Positions 63,379 through 64,000 of a DNA stretch of 64,000 nucleotides are shown here, one piece after another. Under the pieces are notes generated by a model, which did no database searches, was not told the origin of the DNA, and saw only the letters and a list, made by a program, of their open reading frames with translations. The stretch lies in the NCBI RefSeq assembly GCF_964194025.1, contig NC_134481.1, positions 23,994,001 to 24,058,000 on the forward strand, written 5' to 3'. Source of the DNA: Convolutriloba macropyga. Its lineage: Eukaryota. The translations under genes and the position numbers were made by a program. How positions within the stretch are numbered: position 1 is the stretch's first letter; each line of letters opens with the position of its first letter.

Positions 63379-64000
63379 CATTGTTGACATTTTTGTGGCC
63401 GAACATAGTAGTGTGGAGAGCAAAAGGGAGTGCAAAGCGGAGAGCAAGGTGGAGAGCAAGTTGGAAACCGACTGCAGAAAAGGAATAATTCAGTTAGTCC
63501 TTTTAAGTATTACATCTTTTTGTCCAGTTTTTTTTGGGGTTTTTTTTATTTCAAAACTCTCCTCTTTGTCTCATGGCATTTTAATTCATCACCAATTTCT
63601 GATGTTGCTCACCTTTATATTTTTGTTTGTTGATAAATTCTATATATATATTTGGAATTAATTTTAATATCTTGGCTGGAGTACAATGTCTTGAGATAAA
63701 CAGTCTGAAGAGTAGCAGGAACTGTACTCGCTTGACGCCAGTTGACTCCTTGCCTTCTTAACTTTGGCAACCCCAATGATTGAGAAGCGGACCTTGCTGG
63801 TTTAGAGAAACCCCATTGCGAAAATTAGACGGCACCAGTTCACAAAGTTTTAACACGCACCACCATTCACAAACACTCACTGAGTTCACTTAGACAATTA
63901 GATCAGTTGTAGGGTAGATTATGACAGATTGCTACAATCGACACAGATGATCTACGGAGGTAACTATGAACATGTTCCTAGTTTTTTCGAGACAAAGAGG

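Noticed and set aside
63828-63840. LTR primer-binding site (TGGTGCCGT on the minus strand)
   Set aside because: The match is short, there is no adjacent LTR-ending CA, and no gag-like ORF follows.

Overview
AT-rich eukaryotic (invertebrate-like) genomic DNA with spliceosomal introns. Host genes are a two-exon ribosomal protein S17 gene (17596-20454) and four co-oriented Mu-like glutathione S-transferases (29.8, 31.9, 42.8 and 58.4 kb), set among TE debris (CR1/L2 fragments, Tc1 fossil, CRE-clade fossil, tRNA-derived SINEs, MITEs, local duplications, an 83-bp minisatellite). The standout is 4.2-14.4 kb: a head-to-tail array of five copies, from about three subfamilies, of an RTE-clade non-LTR retrotransposon. 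The copies are separated by N gaps or a visible (TAG)n-like tail. All three copies that keep a 5' end begin with an HDV-like ribozyme core whose P4 stem varies in sequence but still pairs. The RT carries an in-frame insertion of about 190 aa between its last two core motifs, containing a KOW-like motif and two R2-style C2HC zinc fingers; the insertion is conserved in a diverged copy. All calls were made by eye with no database searches, and boundaries of degenerate elements are approximate.
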